Assembly (NCBI GenBank): GCA_001563335.1
Contig: LRSL01000008.1
Location: forward strand, 1-25,547
From: Candidatus Thorarchaeota archaeon SMTZ1-45
GTDB taxonomy: Archaea; Asgardarchaeota; Thorarchaeia; Thorarchaeales; Thorarchaeaceae
Direction: 5' to 3'
Length of the DNA stretch: 25,547 nucleotides
A program made the translations under genes and the position numbers. The notes beneath the pieces were generated by a model. It had not been told where the DNA came from and made no database searches. It saw nothing but the letters and a program-made list of their open reading frames with translations. Each line of letters begins with the position of its first letter. The stretch's first letter is position 1. Positions 16,876-25,547 of the stretch are shown piece by piece.

Positions 16876-17463
16876 ATGCGCGACCAAGATGATGGCAGCA
16901 AAATCATGAAAGCTGTTCTCATAGGTGATGGGGCTGTTGGTAAGACAAGCATACGCCGCAATTACCTTGGTGAGGATTTTATTGAGGGGCATCTAGCAAC
17001 AATAGGTGTAGACCTAGCTACAAAACGGGTTTTGTTTGGGCAAGATATTGTCAAGTTCATAATTTGGGATCTTGCCGGACAACCAACATTTGAGAAAGTC
17101 CGAGGACACTACTATAGCGGGTGTAATGGGATACTCTTGGTATACTCAGTAGTTGATAGAGAGTCCTTTGATAATGCTAGTAAATGGTTGGTTGAAGCCT
17201 ACAAGAATATGGGTCCCTTACCACCTACTGTAATCATTGGGAATAAGATTGACCTTCGACAGAGCCTGGACAAGACTAAATATGTAACGACAGAAGAAGG
17301 CGAAGCATTCACAAAGTACTTCATAGAGAAACTTGAGGTTCCTGCAATATTCAGAGAAACCTCAGCAAAGACTGGTGCAAATATCCAAGACACTTTCCAA
17401 GAACTTCTACGAATGATGAGTGAGGCTGAAACAAAGAAGGAAAGAGACATTTTCATGGGCTAA
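16876..17463 (+). CDS. Rab-like small GTPase (Ras superfamily)
   Basis: G1 GDGAVGKT, G2/RabF1-like TIGVD, G3 WDLAGQ, RabF4-like YYSG, G4 NKID, G5 ETSAK. No C-terminal Cys. Confidence 0.93.
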   Translation: MRDQDDGSKIMKAVLIGDGAVGKTSIRRNYLGEDFIEGHLATIGVDLATKRVLFGQDIVKFIIWDLAGQPTFEKVRGHYYSGCNGILLVYSVVDRESFDNASKWLVEAYKNMGPLPPTVIIGNKIDLRQSLDKTKYVTTEEGEAFTKYFIEKLEVPAIFRETSAKTGANIQDTFQELLRMMSEAETKKERDIFMG

Positions 17464-17554
17464 GTTTCTAGAAGGCTTCTGTTGCATCATAATTGTTATT
17501 AAGCCAGAATTTCATTAACTATTGTTAAAGGACTAGTGAGATTGAGGATCTATA

Positions 17555-20365
17555 ATGAGTAATCCACCAAAACCGATTCACGAGAAGCAGCGAATGTCTA
17601 TGAAAATAGATGGAATGCATTGTGCTTCTTGTGTGGCAACCATCGAAAAGTCACTTTTGAATGAAGACGGAGTGATATCTGCAACTGTCAGTCTTCTCGA
17701 AGAAAAGGCAGTTATTGAATACGACTCCTCACGAGTGGATAGGTCAAAATTAGAGAGAGCTGTTGACTCTACAGGATATCGAGTCAAGAGATCTGCTATG
17801 ACATTGACCATTTCTGAAGTGGAAAATGAATCCGATTGGGATAAAATCTCGCATGTTTTGTCTGAGCAAAGAGGAGCAATCACAGTCAGAACTTATCCTG
17901 ACAGGCGTAAACTGCTTCTTGAATATGATGAGGATCTTTTAACATACAAGATAGTCAAGAAGACCCTTCGTGACCTTGGTTTTAAACCTGATGAAGCAGA
18001 GGGAATTGAAGGCGACAGAGAATCACTTGCGAGAGAGAAGGAGCGTCAATACTACCTTAGACTCCTCTCTTTCTCTCTGATATTATCAATCCCGGTTGTC
18101 TTAATTCACTTTCATGTGCTCAACAGTCTAATTCCTCTTGAAGATATCAGAATCTTGATTATGTTTGCACTTGCAACACCAGTTCAGTTCATTGGTGGCT
18201 ATCCTTTCTATAAGTCCGCTCTGAAATCTGCAAGACATTTGAAAACAAACATGGATACGCTGATAATGCTAGGTACAAGTGCAGCCTACTTCTACTCAGT
18301 AGCTACCACTTTCATTCTCAGTGGCGATTCTTTCTATGATACAGCAGTGTTGCTCATTACTTTCATTCTGCTTGGTCGAACACTTGAAGCCATCGCTAAA
18401 GGTCGAACATCCAAGGCAATTCGTAGCCTAATGGATCTTCAAGCTAAAGTGGCAATCGTTGTGAGGAATGGTAAGGAAATCACTCTACCAATAGAAGATG
18501 TTGAGGTACACGATATTGTGTTGATTCGCCCTGGAGACCGTGTCCCAGTTGACGGTCAAGTTCTGGAAGGAAAATCGTCTGTTGATGAGTCGATGATTAC
18601 AGGTGAACCCGTGCCTGTGAATAAGAATGTTGGCGATTCAGTTGTAGGTGGGACGGTCAACAAGAATGGCGTTCTGCGAGTTCGAGCAGAGAAGGTTGGA
18701 CAAGACACTGTCTTATCTCAAATTGTACGCATGGTTGAGGAAGCGCAGACGAATAAACCACCTATTCAGAGAAAAGCAGATGCTATTGCAGGAGTTTTTA
18801 CTCCGGTTGTCCTAGTCATTTCACTTGCCACATTTCTCTTCTGGACATTAATAATGGCTATAGAGTGGAATGTTGCTCTCAATTTTACAATTGCTGTTCT
18901 TGTTGCAGCATGTCCATGTGCGCTAGGCTTGGCGACTCCAACTGCGATCATGGTTGGAATTGGTAAAGGAGCTCAATATGGTATCTTAATCAAAACTGGA
19001 GATGGTCTTGAAACCATACCAATCATTGACACAATTATCTTTGATAAAACTGGTACACTGACAATAGGTCGTCCAACAGTTACAGACATTACAGTTATTG
19101 GCGAGCTTTCACAAAATGATGTTCTAGGTCTTATTGCATCAGTTGAAAAGAATAGCGAACATCCACTTGCTGAAGCGATTGTCTATGAAGCGCAAGAAAG
19201 AGGCATTGAGATTTCTTCTTCGAAAGATTTCAGATATACCTCTGGAAAAGGTGTTAGTGCTTCAGTCAATGGTGAAATGATTCATGTTGGAAGCAACCAG
19301 TTTATGACTGATATGGGCATTGATTTCTCAGAGCATGACAGCCACATCTTGATGCTTCAACAACAAGGCAAGACAACAGTTTATGCTGCTAAAGACGATT
19401 CACCTCTTGCAGTCTTGGCGATTTCAGACAAGCTAAAGGCTTCGTCTGTTCAGGCTGTTGATACCTTGAAGCAGCTTGGAATTGATGTCTGGATGATAAC
19501 AGGTGATAGACTCGAGACCGCGAAGTCAATAGCTTCAACCGTGGGTATTGATCATGTGTTGGCAGAAGTTCTACCCAAAGATAAGGCTGAGCAAGTACAG
19601 AAGCTTCAAGAAGAAGGACGCGTCGTAGCCATGGCTGGTGATGGTGTCAACGATGCGATTGCATTAGCACAGGCAGATGTAGGAATTGCTCTTGGTTCTG
19701 GAACTGATGTTTCTGTTGAATCGGGCGATATCGTCTTAGTAAAAGATGATCTTCTTGATGTAGTAACTGGAATTCAACTTGGAAAAAGCACCATGACCAA
19801 AATTAAGCAGGGCTTCTTCTGGGCATTGATCTACAACATCATTCTGTTACCCATCGCAGCTGGTCTGTTGTATCCATCACTGGGTCTCGCCCTTAGACCG
19901 GAGTTTGCAGGTCTGGCAATGGCCCTCTCGAGTGTCAGTGTAGTCACGAATGCTCTAAGTCTGAATCGCTTCAAACCAGAAACTGCTGAAATCATTGATG
20001 AAGGAATACCTCCTGCAGCATACCAAGAAGGGGATGTAGCTGTGGACCCTATCTGTATGATGAAGGTAGAGATTGCGACTGCAGACTTATTCAGTGACTA
20101 TGAGGGTAAAAGATACTACTTCTGCAATCAATACTGCAAGGACACCTTTGAAGCAGACCCTGACCAGTACAAGGAAGAAGACACCAGTCAACCAGAGGTC
20201 CAGGAAATTGCGATAGATCCCATCTGCAAGATGGATGTCGTCACAGCAACAGCGACACTTGTCAGTGAGTATGAGGGTAAGAAATACTACTTCTGTAATC
20301 CCTACTGCAAAGACACCTTTGACAAGGACCCAGAACGATATAAGAACCAAGACTTCATGGATTAG
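17555..20365 (+). CDS. copA: Cu(I)-translocating P1B-1 ATPase with an N-terminal HMA domain and two C-terminal YHS/TRASH domains
   Basis: [43 protein letters not shown]7 YN and TM8 MALSS (Cu+ signature). C-terminal DPICxM...YYFCNxYC occurs twice. Confidence 0.95.
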   Translation: MSNPPKPIHEKQRMSMKIDGMHCASCVATIEKSLLNEDGVISATVSLLEEKAVIEYDSSRVDRSKLERAVDSTGYRVKRSAMTLTISEVENESDWDKISHVLSEQRGAITVRTYPDRRKLLLEYDEDLLTYKIVKKTLRDLGFKPDEAEGIEGDRESLAREKERQYYLRLLSFSLILSIPVVLIHFHVLNSLIPLEDIRILIMFALATPVQFIGGYPFYKSALKSARHLKTNMDTLIMLGTSAAYFYSVATTFILSGDSFYDTAVLLITFILLGRTLEAIAKGRTSKAIRSLMDLQAKVAIVVRNGKEITLPIEDVEVHDIVLIRPGDRVPVDGQVLEGKSSVDESMITGEPVPVNKNVGDSVVGGTVNKNGVLRVRAEKVGQDTVLSQIVRMVEEAQTNKPPIQRKADAIAGVFTPVVLVISLATFLFWTLIMAIEWNVALNFTIAVLVAACPCALGLATPTAIMVGIGKGAQYGILIKTGDGLETIPIIDTIIFDKTGTLTIGRPTVTDITVIGELSQNDVLGLIASVEKNSEHPLAEAIVYEAQERGIEISSSKDFRYTSGKGVSASVNGEMIHVGSNQFMTDMGIDFSEHDSHILMLQQQGKTTVYAAKDDSPLAVLAISDKLKASSVQAVDTLKQLGIDVWMITGDRLETAKSIASTVGIDHVLAEVLPKDKAEQVQKLQEEGRVVAMAGDGVNDAIALAQADVGIALGSGTDVSVESGDIVLVKDDLLDVVTGIQLGKSTMTKIKQGFFWALIYNIILLPIAAGLLYPSLGLALRPEFAGLAMALSSVSVVTNALSLNRFKPETAEIIDEGIPPAAYQEGDVAVDPICMMKVEIATADLFSDYEGKRYYFCNQYCKDTFEADPDQYKEEDTSQPEVQEIAIDPICKMDVVTATATLVSEYEGKKYYFCNPYCKDTFDKDPERYKNQDFMD
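20045..20344 (+). repeat. Intragenic tandem duplication encoding two YHS/TRASH domains (171-nt period)
   Basis: 20045-20173 and 20216-20344 share long DNA blocks (for example TATGAGGGTAA, ATACTACTTCTG, TACTGCAA, GACACCTTTGA). Confidence 0.85.
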
Positions 20366-20521
20366 TGAATGTCAGTCAGTAACAAATCATCAAATATTAC
20401 TAATCGATTCATATATTATTTTCTCAAAATATCATCTACTATTATTGATAAACCAAGGGATAAAGATACTTAATAGCACCTTCAAACCTCGTTTTCCCCC
20501 AAGAATCATGGAGGAGATGAG

Positions 20522-21859
20522 TTGCTCACACGCATTCAAAAGATGTACTTTGGCATGGCACGCCTTGGTCCAAGTATTTTACTTGATATGCTAGACCTTG
20601 CTAGTGCTTTGTTCTATTTCTCAATAATATCACTACCAGCAATGTATACTGGAACAGCAATTGCATTCAGCTATCTCTCAATCATGTTTTCAGAGTTGAC
20701 TTTTGGTAATCTGAGTGACAGGACTCCCACAAAGCGTTGGGGGCGACGGAAACCATTCATTATGGTAGGGGCTCCTCTTATGGCAATATCATTTCTGTTG
20801 GTGTTCAATCCATACCTATTCCTTGCAGAAGGGAATGTCATTGGCATATTCTTCTATGCCACCATAACGATGAGTCTGTTCAAGGTCTTCTATGGTATGA
20901 CCATGACTCCATATCAATCGTGGATGCCAGAACTCACTGAACCAGAGGAGCGACCTGCAGTTTCCTCCTGGCAAAATGTAGGCAACTTCACAGGATTTGT
21001 AATTGGGACATTTGGTACGGTTCTTCTAGCAATTGAATCACCAGAATGGGGTCTCCCGAGCGAGATACTCTATATGATTCTGGGATTTGTTGTGATACAG
21101 TTGCTTGGATTCACCCCATCCCTAATTGGACTACATAAAGAAGGTAAATTCATTCCACAACCCAATATCAGAAAAGACCTCAACAGAGCACTGAAAGATC
21201 GAGATTTTGTTGGTTGGTTGGTAGCGCAAGGTCTCATATCAGTTGGAATCGCAATGGTTGTGAGAACTACCTTTCCATACATCAATGACTATCTAGTCTT
21301 TGGAGTTACAGAGTTTATCATCTTTGGAGTTGAACTCCTATCTGTCGTCTTTGTGTTCTTTGTGATATATCAGTTCACAATTCCAAAGGTAGGAAAACGT
21401 TTCACACTGCAACTGGCAATGATGTTGGCCGTTGTATCACTACCATTCACTATGGTAATTACAACATCCAGTGCTGCCTTCATATTGCTAGCATTTACAG
21501 GTGCTGGAGTTGCAGGATATTATCTTATGCCTTATATTGTCTATGCTGATTTTGCCCAGAAAGATGAGATAATGACAGGTGAGGGTCGGGCTGGATTCTA
21601 CACAAGTTTCCCATCAATCCCATTAAATCTAATGCAAGCCTTCTCAGCATTCCTTTGGGGAGTCATCTTTGCTCTTCCAGAGGTCGTTCCTGTCCCTGGT
21701 CAAGCGACCTTGGTCACACAAGGGTATCTCTTCTGGGGTCCGATTGCAGCCCTCTTCCTCTTTCTATCTGTCTTAGTACTTTTCAAGGTTGATATTGATC
21801 CAGATTTTGAAAGTTTAGAGGCGCAGTATTCCGATGCAAGGAGGGAAATTGACCCATAG
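20522..21859 (+). CDS. MFS transporter, GPH (MelB-like glycoside-pentoside-hexuronide:cation symporter) family
   Basis: About 12 TM; LSDRT...WGRRKPF loop motif, PELT..EER, AD....DE..TGEGRAG.Y; TTG start with GGAGG RBS. Confidence 0.88.
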   Translation: MLTRIQKMYFGMARLGPSILLDMLDLASALFYFSIISLPAMYTGTAIAFSYLSIMFSELTFGNLSDRTPTKRWGRRKPFIMVGAPLMAISFLLVFNPYLFLAEGNVIGIFFYATITMSLFKVFYGMTMTPYQSWMPELTEPEERPAVSSWQNVGNFTGFVIGTFGTVLLAIESPEWGLPSEILYMILGFVVIQLLGFTPSLIGLHKEGKFIPQPNIRKDLNRALKDRDFVGWLVAQGLISVGIAMVVRTTFPYINDYLVFGVTEFIIFGVELLSVVFVFFVIYQFTIPKVGKRFTLQLAMMLAVVSLPFTMVITTSSAAFILLAFTGAGVAGYYLMPYIVYADFAQKDEIMTGEGRAGFYTSFPSIPLNLMQAFSAFLWGVIFALPEVVPVPGQATLVTQGYLFWGPIAALFLFLSVLVLFKVDIDPDFESLEAQYSDARREIDP

Positions 21860-21897
21860 CATGTATTCGGAAACTACTTCAGAAGCTTTGGACTTAA

Positions 21898-22356
21898 ATG
21901 CAATTCCGGGGTTTAGAGCATATGAGTGTGATTGAGCGTGTTATAGTCAGGTTTGCTGGTCCTGAGGTTCTTGAATGGTGCGTTGTCGAAGATGTTCAAG
22001 TCACAGAGCAGATTATCCGACACAAGATTATCAATGATGAAATAATTATTGCAGAGCTAGATGGTCAACCCATTGGTTATCTTCGTCTTGAGTACCTGTG
22101 GTCGAATATTCCATATATTGGAATGGTCTTTGTCAATGATGACTATAGAATTGAGGGTATTGGACGAAAGATACTTGCTTTCCTTGAGGACTATCTACGA
22201 AGTAGAGGTCATGATGTATTGTATAGTTCATCACAAGTTAATGAACCAGAATCACAAGCTTGGCACCGCTCCGTTGGATTTGTTGAAGCTGGGATTATAT
22301 CCGGAATTAATGAAGGAGGGATTGGTGAGGTCTTCTTTCGAAAGCCATTGACCTAA
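21898..22356 (+). CDS. GNAT family N-acetyltransferase
   Basis: Motif A FVNDDYRIEGIGRKIL and motif B N..SQAWHRSVGF. The start may be ATG 21922. Confidence 0.88.
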   Translation: MQFRGLEHMSVIERVIVRFAGPEVLEWCVVEDVQVTEQIIRHKIINDEIIIAELDGQPIGYLRLEYLWSNIPYIGMVFVNDDYRIEGIGRKILAFLEDYLRSRGHDVLYSSSQVNEPESQAWHRSVGFVEAGIISGINEGGIGEVFFRKPLT

Positions 22357-22371
22357 TTAAGAATTAATATT

Positions 22372-22929
22372 CTAGAATTTCTCAGCTAGATAAGCTCCAG
22401 CTGCATCAAACATCTCAAAGACACCTTCACTTGTTTTTGCAGAAACTTCAAAGATTCTGGCCTTGTATTCAGCTGCGAATTCTTCAGCATCCTCTTGACT
22501 GACTCCCATTCCCTCAATTCGTTCATCTATCTTATTTCCAACTAGAAAAATACTGCACCCAGGGACTGCGTTCTGCAATCTGGAAATCCAATCTCGCAAT
22601 TTGTGAAGTGTAAAGATACGGCTCACATCATAAACTGCAATTCCAAGTTTTGAGCCAATAAAATAATCTGATATGACCTCTTGGAAACGGGGTTGCCCTC
22701 CAAGATCCCATATCAACAAAGTGATGTCTGTACCCCGTACACGCACCTTCTTGGTTGCAAAGTTAACTCCTATGGTCATCTTCATTTTTTGATCGAATCT
22801 ATCTTCTGTGTATCTAACAGCCAAGCTAGTCTTTCCTACACCACCCTCACCCAAGAGTACTGTCTTGAAGACTGGCATCCTGTAACTCAAGCTAATAGCT
22901 CCTTTGTCTGTGGTTCTTATCCCCCACAT
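22372..22929 (-). CDS. Rab-like small GTPase (second copy)
   Basis: GEGGVGKT, TIGVNF, WDLGGQ, NKID, EVSAK; no C-terminal Cys. The true start is probably TTG 22890 or ATG 22878 (AAGGAG RBS inside the called ORF). Confidence 0.92.
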   Translation of the reverse strand: MWGIRTTDKGAISLSYRMPVFKTVLLGEGGVGKTSLAVRYTEDRFDQKMKMTIGVNFATKKVRVRGTDITLLIWDLGGQPRFQEVISDYFIGSKLGIAVYDVSRIFTLHKLRDWISRLQNAVPGCSIFLVGNKIDERIEGMGVSQEDAEEFAAEYKARIFEVSAKTSEGVFEMFDAAGAYLAEKF

Positions 22930-22969
22930 ATAGCTTTTTAGTTGATATGTGAAGGCAAACTATTTTGAG

Positions 22970-23875
22970 TTAAGGCAGATGAAAGATACCCTCTGCTACA
23001 AGTCTAATCTTTCCAGAAACATACACTTCTGACATGCTCTCATCCGGGACTCTCGCAATGAGTTTGCTTGGTCTTTTCAACTCATATCCCTGCTCTATAT
23101 TGAAAGGTTCTCCTAGTTCATGAGATTTCAGGACGTTATACTTCTCCAAGTATGCACCAAGCGGACCTGCCGCACTACCAGTTGCAGGGTCTTCAACAAC
23201 TCCAACCTCTGGTGCAAACATTCTTGCTTGAACATGTGAATCAGGGAAATTGGTTTCAGTGGAGAAGATCAAGACTTGTTTCGTAGATAGACCCTTTAGA
23301 TTCTCTCGAAAAACTAATGGAACAGGTGCAGCCTTCTTCAAAGATGCATGAGTCTTAATGGGGACTATGAGGAAGGGAAATCCAGTGGAAACAATTTGCA
23401 CTGGATGTTCCTGATTAATGTCATCAAGTGTCAGTCCAATTGCCTCTGCAATTTTTTTCACATCATCAATTGGTTTTTCAAAGATTGGTTTCGGTTGGAT
23501 CATCCTAACGCTATGATCATCAAGGTAATCTACACGAATTGGTCCGACTCCTAGTTCAAGTAGTGTGCTGCTTTTTTCTGAGTCTAGAATCTTCTTATAG
23601 CGTATAACAAATGCAGTTCCCAATGTAGGATGTCCAGCAAAAGGAATTTCCGATGCTGGTGTGAATATACGAACCTTTGAAACACATCCCTCAGTTGTTG
23701 GTTCAAATAGAAAGGTGGACTCTGAGAAGTTCATTTCCAAAGCCATTCCCTGCATCTCATCCCTAGTGAGGGAACCATTCACTTTTGCGTCCCAATATGT
23801 GGCTAATTGATTACCACCAAATGAATATCTCTCGTCAACAAACACACTAGTCTGGACATAGGGAAGATGCCGCAT
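22970..23875 (-). CDS. PhzF-family (phenazine biosynthesis-like, DAP-epimerase fold) isomerase
   Basis: FGGNQL, NFSESTF, RIFTPASEIPFAGHPTLG, STGFP and RMFAP..GV.EDPATGSAAG motifs. Confidence 0.93.
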   Translation of the reverse strand: MRHLPYVQTSVFVDERYSFGGNQLATYWDAKVNGSLTRDEMQGMALEMNFSESTFLFEPTTEGCVSKVRIFTPASEIPFAGHPTLGTAFVIRYKKILDSEKSSTLLELGVGPIRVDYLDDHSVRMIQPKPIFEKPIDDVKKIAEAIGLTLDDINQEHPVQIVSTGFPFLIVPIKTHASLKKAAPVPLVFRENLKGLSTKQVLIFSTETNFPDSHVQARMFAPEVGVVEDPATGSAAGPLGAYLEKYNVLKSHELGEPFNIEQGYELKRPSKLIARVPDESMSEVYVSGKIRLVAEGIFHLP

Positions 23876-23936
23876 GAGTTAGCAGCAATCAACCCAACTT
23901 AAGCAACTTATGGTCTACGTGGGAACTCACAAGGAA

Positions 23937-24416
23937 TCAGCACTTGACCTTGTCAAGCTCACCTTGAGCGATCTTCTTGTCCTCTTCGCCTAAGGTATCA
24001 ATGATCTTTTGGGCCATCTCTTTGTACTTCTTGCAGTTCCTTTTATCGCCTTTTGCCACATAGGCTTTGGCTAGGACTTCATATGCAAATCCCATATCAA
24101 AATCTGCTTTGTCTTCAGCCTCTTCTGTTAGTTTTAGGGTACGTTCAGCATAGAATAAAGCATCATCACCTTTTCCCATATGGCTATACACACGGGAAAT
24201 CATATACTCACCTCGGGCAATGTTAATTGGTTTACCAATTTGCCTCCAATGATACAACGATGTGTGAGCCATCTCAAGTGCTTGTCCCAATTCTTCCTCA
24301 CTGGGTGCATCCTTGTCCAGGACTGACCAAACTCCACCATTCGTTTTTATAGCCATTTTCTTGTGAAATTCATTCAGACTCATTTTTTCGTCATCAGGCA
24401 TTTGATTCATCTCCAC
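23937..24416 (-). CDS. Hypothetical TPR-like all-helical protein
   Basis: AHTSLYHW...N.ARGEYMISRVY...A..YA...AYEVLAKAY helical-repeat pattern. The start may be ATG 24401 (GGAG upstream). Confidence 0.7.
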   Translation of the reverse strand: MEMNQMPDDEKMSLNEFHKKMAIKTNGGVWSVLDKDAPSEEELGQALEMAHTSLYHWRQIGKPINIARGEYMISRVYSHMGKGDDALFYAERTLKLTEEAEDKADFDMGFAYEVLAKAYVAKGDKRNCKKYKEMAQKIIDTLGEEDKKIAQGELDKVKC

Positions 24417-24620
24417 AATTACATCAAATAGTAGACGAACTTAATATTTAACTATTGTTATTTAGGGTTTCATCAAATAATAGTAACAATATGTGACCCT
24501 ATTTTGTGGCACTCCTTTATATATGGGATTTGATTGATTTGTATAGAAAGACACAACGTGATTACCTAACTGAGGTTAAATTCCATATGGGTCATTACGT
24601 TGAATTTAGAGTTGGTAACA

Positions 24621-25547
24621 ATGAAACCAATTGATGAAGATGTAACTCCACCACCTGACGATATTCCTGATGATGTTGACACTGTGGAGGCTGAAATCGA
24701 GGAAATCACTGAACCTAGAAGGCGAAGAGGTAGAACCAGACGAAGACGCAATAAGATGCAAGAGTATGGTTCTATGGGTAGCATGATTGCTTGGATAGCA
24801 TTTCTCGTTATCTGGTTGTTTTTCTTTGCTGGAGGATATGGTATCTTTGAGAACATAGCTGTTGTCCTTGTAGCTCTCTTTGTTGCGATTGCAATTAATG
24901 CGCTCTTGTGGATTCCTGTGGCCGAAGGATGGAAAGCACGATCCAGTGCAGTTAGTGGCATCATCTGGCTAATCTTTCTAATTATATGGATAGTCTTTTT
25001 CGCTATTGATTTTGGAATCTATGAGAATATTGGAATTGGACTTGCTTCTCTGCTAATTATCGGAGCTGTCAATGTAATGCTATGGGTTCCCTCAGCTGGT
25101 GATGGTTGGGGGGCTCGGATTAGTGCGCTGGGAGGTATCGGATGGTTGACCTTTATGGTTCTCTGGCTTCCGTTTGCCAATAACGTTGATGCCATTTTCC
25201 CAATTTTTCCCTACAAGAATGTCGCAATAATACTTGCCTCATTCTTGCTTATGATTTGCGTGGTGATCGCTCCTTGGGGTACTGGAATCAGAATAAGTAT
25301 TGATGATGTGCCGGGCGTTTCGGCTCGGGCAAAAGGAACAATGGGTGGATTCCTCCTATGGCTCTTATTCCTGGTCATCTGGATGTGGTTCTTTGCAGAC
25401 CATCCACTCCTCGCATTATCAGGAAACCAAAATGTTGCAGTGATTCTCATCTCATTTGCAGTATTTGCAGGGATAGTTATGGCATACTGGTTACCATGGG
25501 CTCGACGTAGGGGCGAAGGCCCAGAAAACTGGTGGGCAATCGGATTA
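24621..25547 (+). CDS. Tandem-repeat integral membrane protein (at least four two-TM repeats); runs off the right window edge
   Basis: Not in the ORF track; hand translation gives 309 open codons from ATG 24621: an acidic Pro-rich N-terminus, RRRRGRTRRRR, then repeats of W..F...W..FFA...(E/K/Q)N(I/V)A....S........W.P. Confidence 0.85.
   Translation, partial: MKPIDEDVTPPPDDIPDDVDTVEAEIEEITEPRRRRGRTRRRRNKMQEYGSMGSMIAWIAFLVIWLFFFAGGYGIFENIAVVLVALFVAIAINALLWIPVAEGWKARSSAVSGIIWLIFLIIWIVFFAIDFGIYENIGIGLASLLIIGAVNVMLWVPSAGDGWGARISALGGIGWLTFMVLWLPFANNVDAIFPIFPYKNVAIILASFLLMICVVIAPWGTGIRISIDDVPGVSARAKGTMGGFLLWLLFLVIWMWFFADHPLLALSGNQNVAVILISFAVFAGIVMAYWLPWARRRGEGPENWWAIGL

Noticed and set aside
21898-23875. 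Phenazine or other natural-product biosynthetic cluster (PhzF, GNAT, MFS) explaining the resistance genes
   Set aside because: No phzA/B/D/E/G or other scaffold-building enzymes are present, the genes are on opposite strands, and stand-alone PhzF-like genes are common.
24566-24964. ORF-track 132-aa (-) ORF, and likewise the 79-aa (-) ORF at 25211-25450
   Set aside because: Both are antisense shadows of the + strand repeat membrane protein, which is open from 24621 to the window end.

Overview
Gene-dense, roughly 40% GC (by eye) prokaryotic window that looks archaeal, most likely Asgard (Thorarchaeia-like). That assignment is inferred from two stand-alone Rab-like small GTPases without prenylation tails, frequent TTG/GTG starts with GGAGG/GAGGTG ribosome-binding sites, and AT-rich TATA-like intergenic tracts. 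About 23 protein-coding genes are supported, including two edge-truncated genes missing from the ORF track: a secreted C39-like peptidase at 1-367 (-) and a tandem-repeat membrane protein at 24621-25547 (+). The left-centre (4.8-16.7 kb) is unusually rich in families linked to bulky DNA adducts and genotoxin resistance: an AlkD-like glycosylase, a YcaQ/AlkZ-family glycosylase, two DinB-family proteins, a double-length asymmetric UvrA translationally coupled to a prenyltransferase/squalene-cyclase-repeat protein, and a DUF4332-like HhH protein. The right part holds a Rab-like GTPase, CopA with two C-terminal YHS/TRASH domains, a GPH-type MFS transporter, a GNAT, a second Rab-like GTPase, a PhzF-family protein and a TPR-like protein. 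I found no rRNA, tRNA, CRISPR array or transposase. All family calls come from motif recognition, not database searches.
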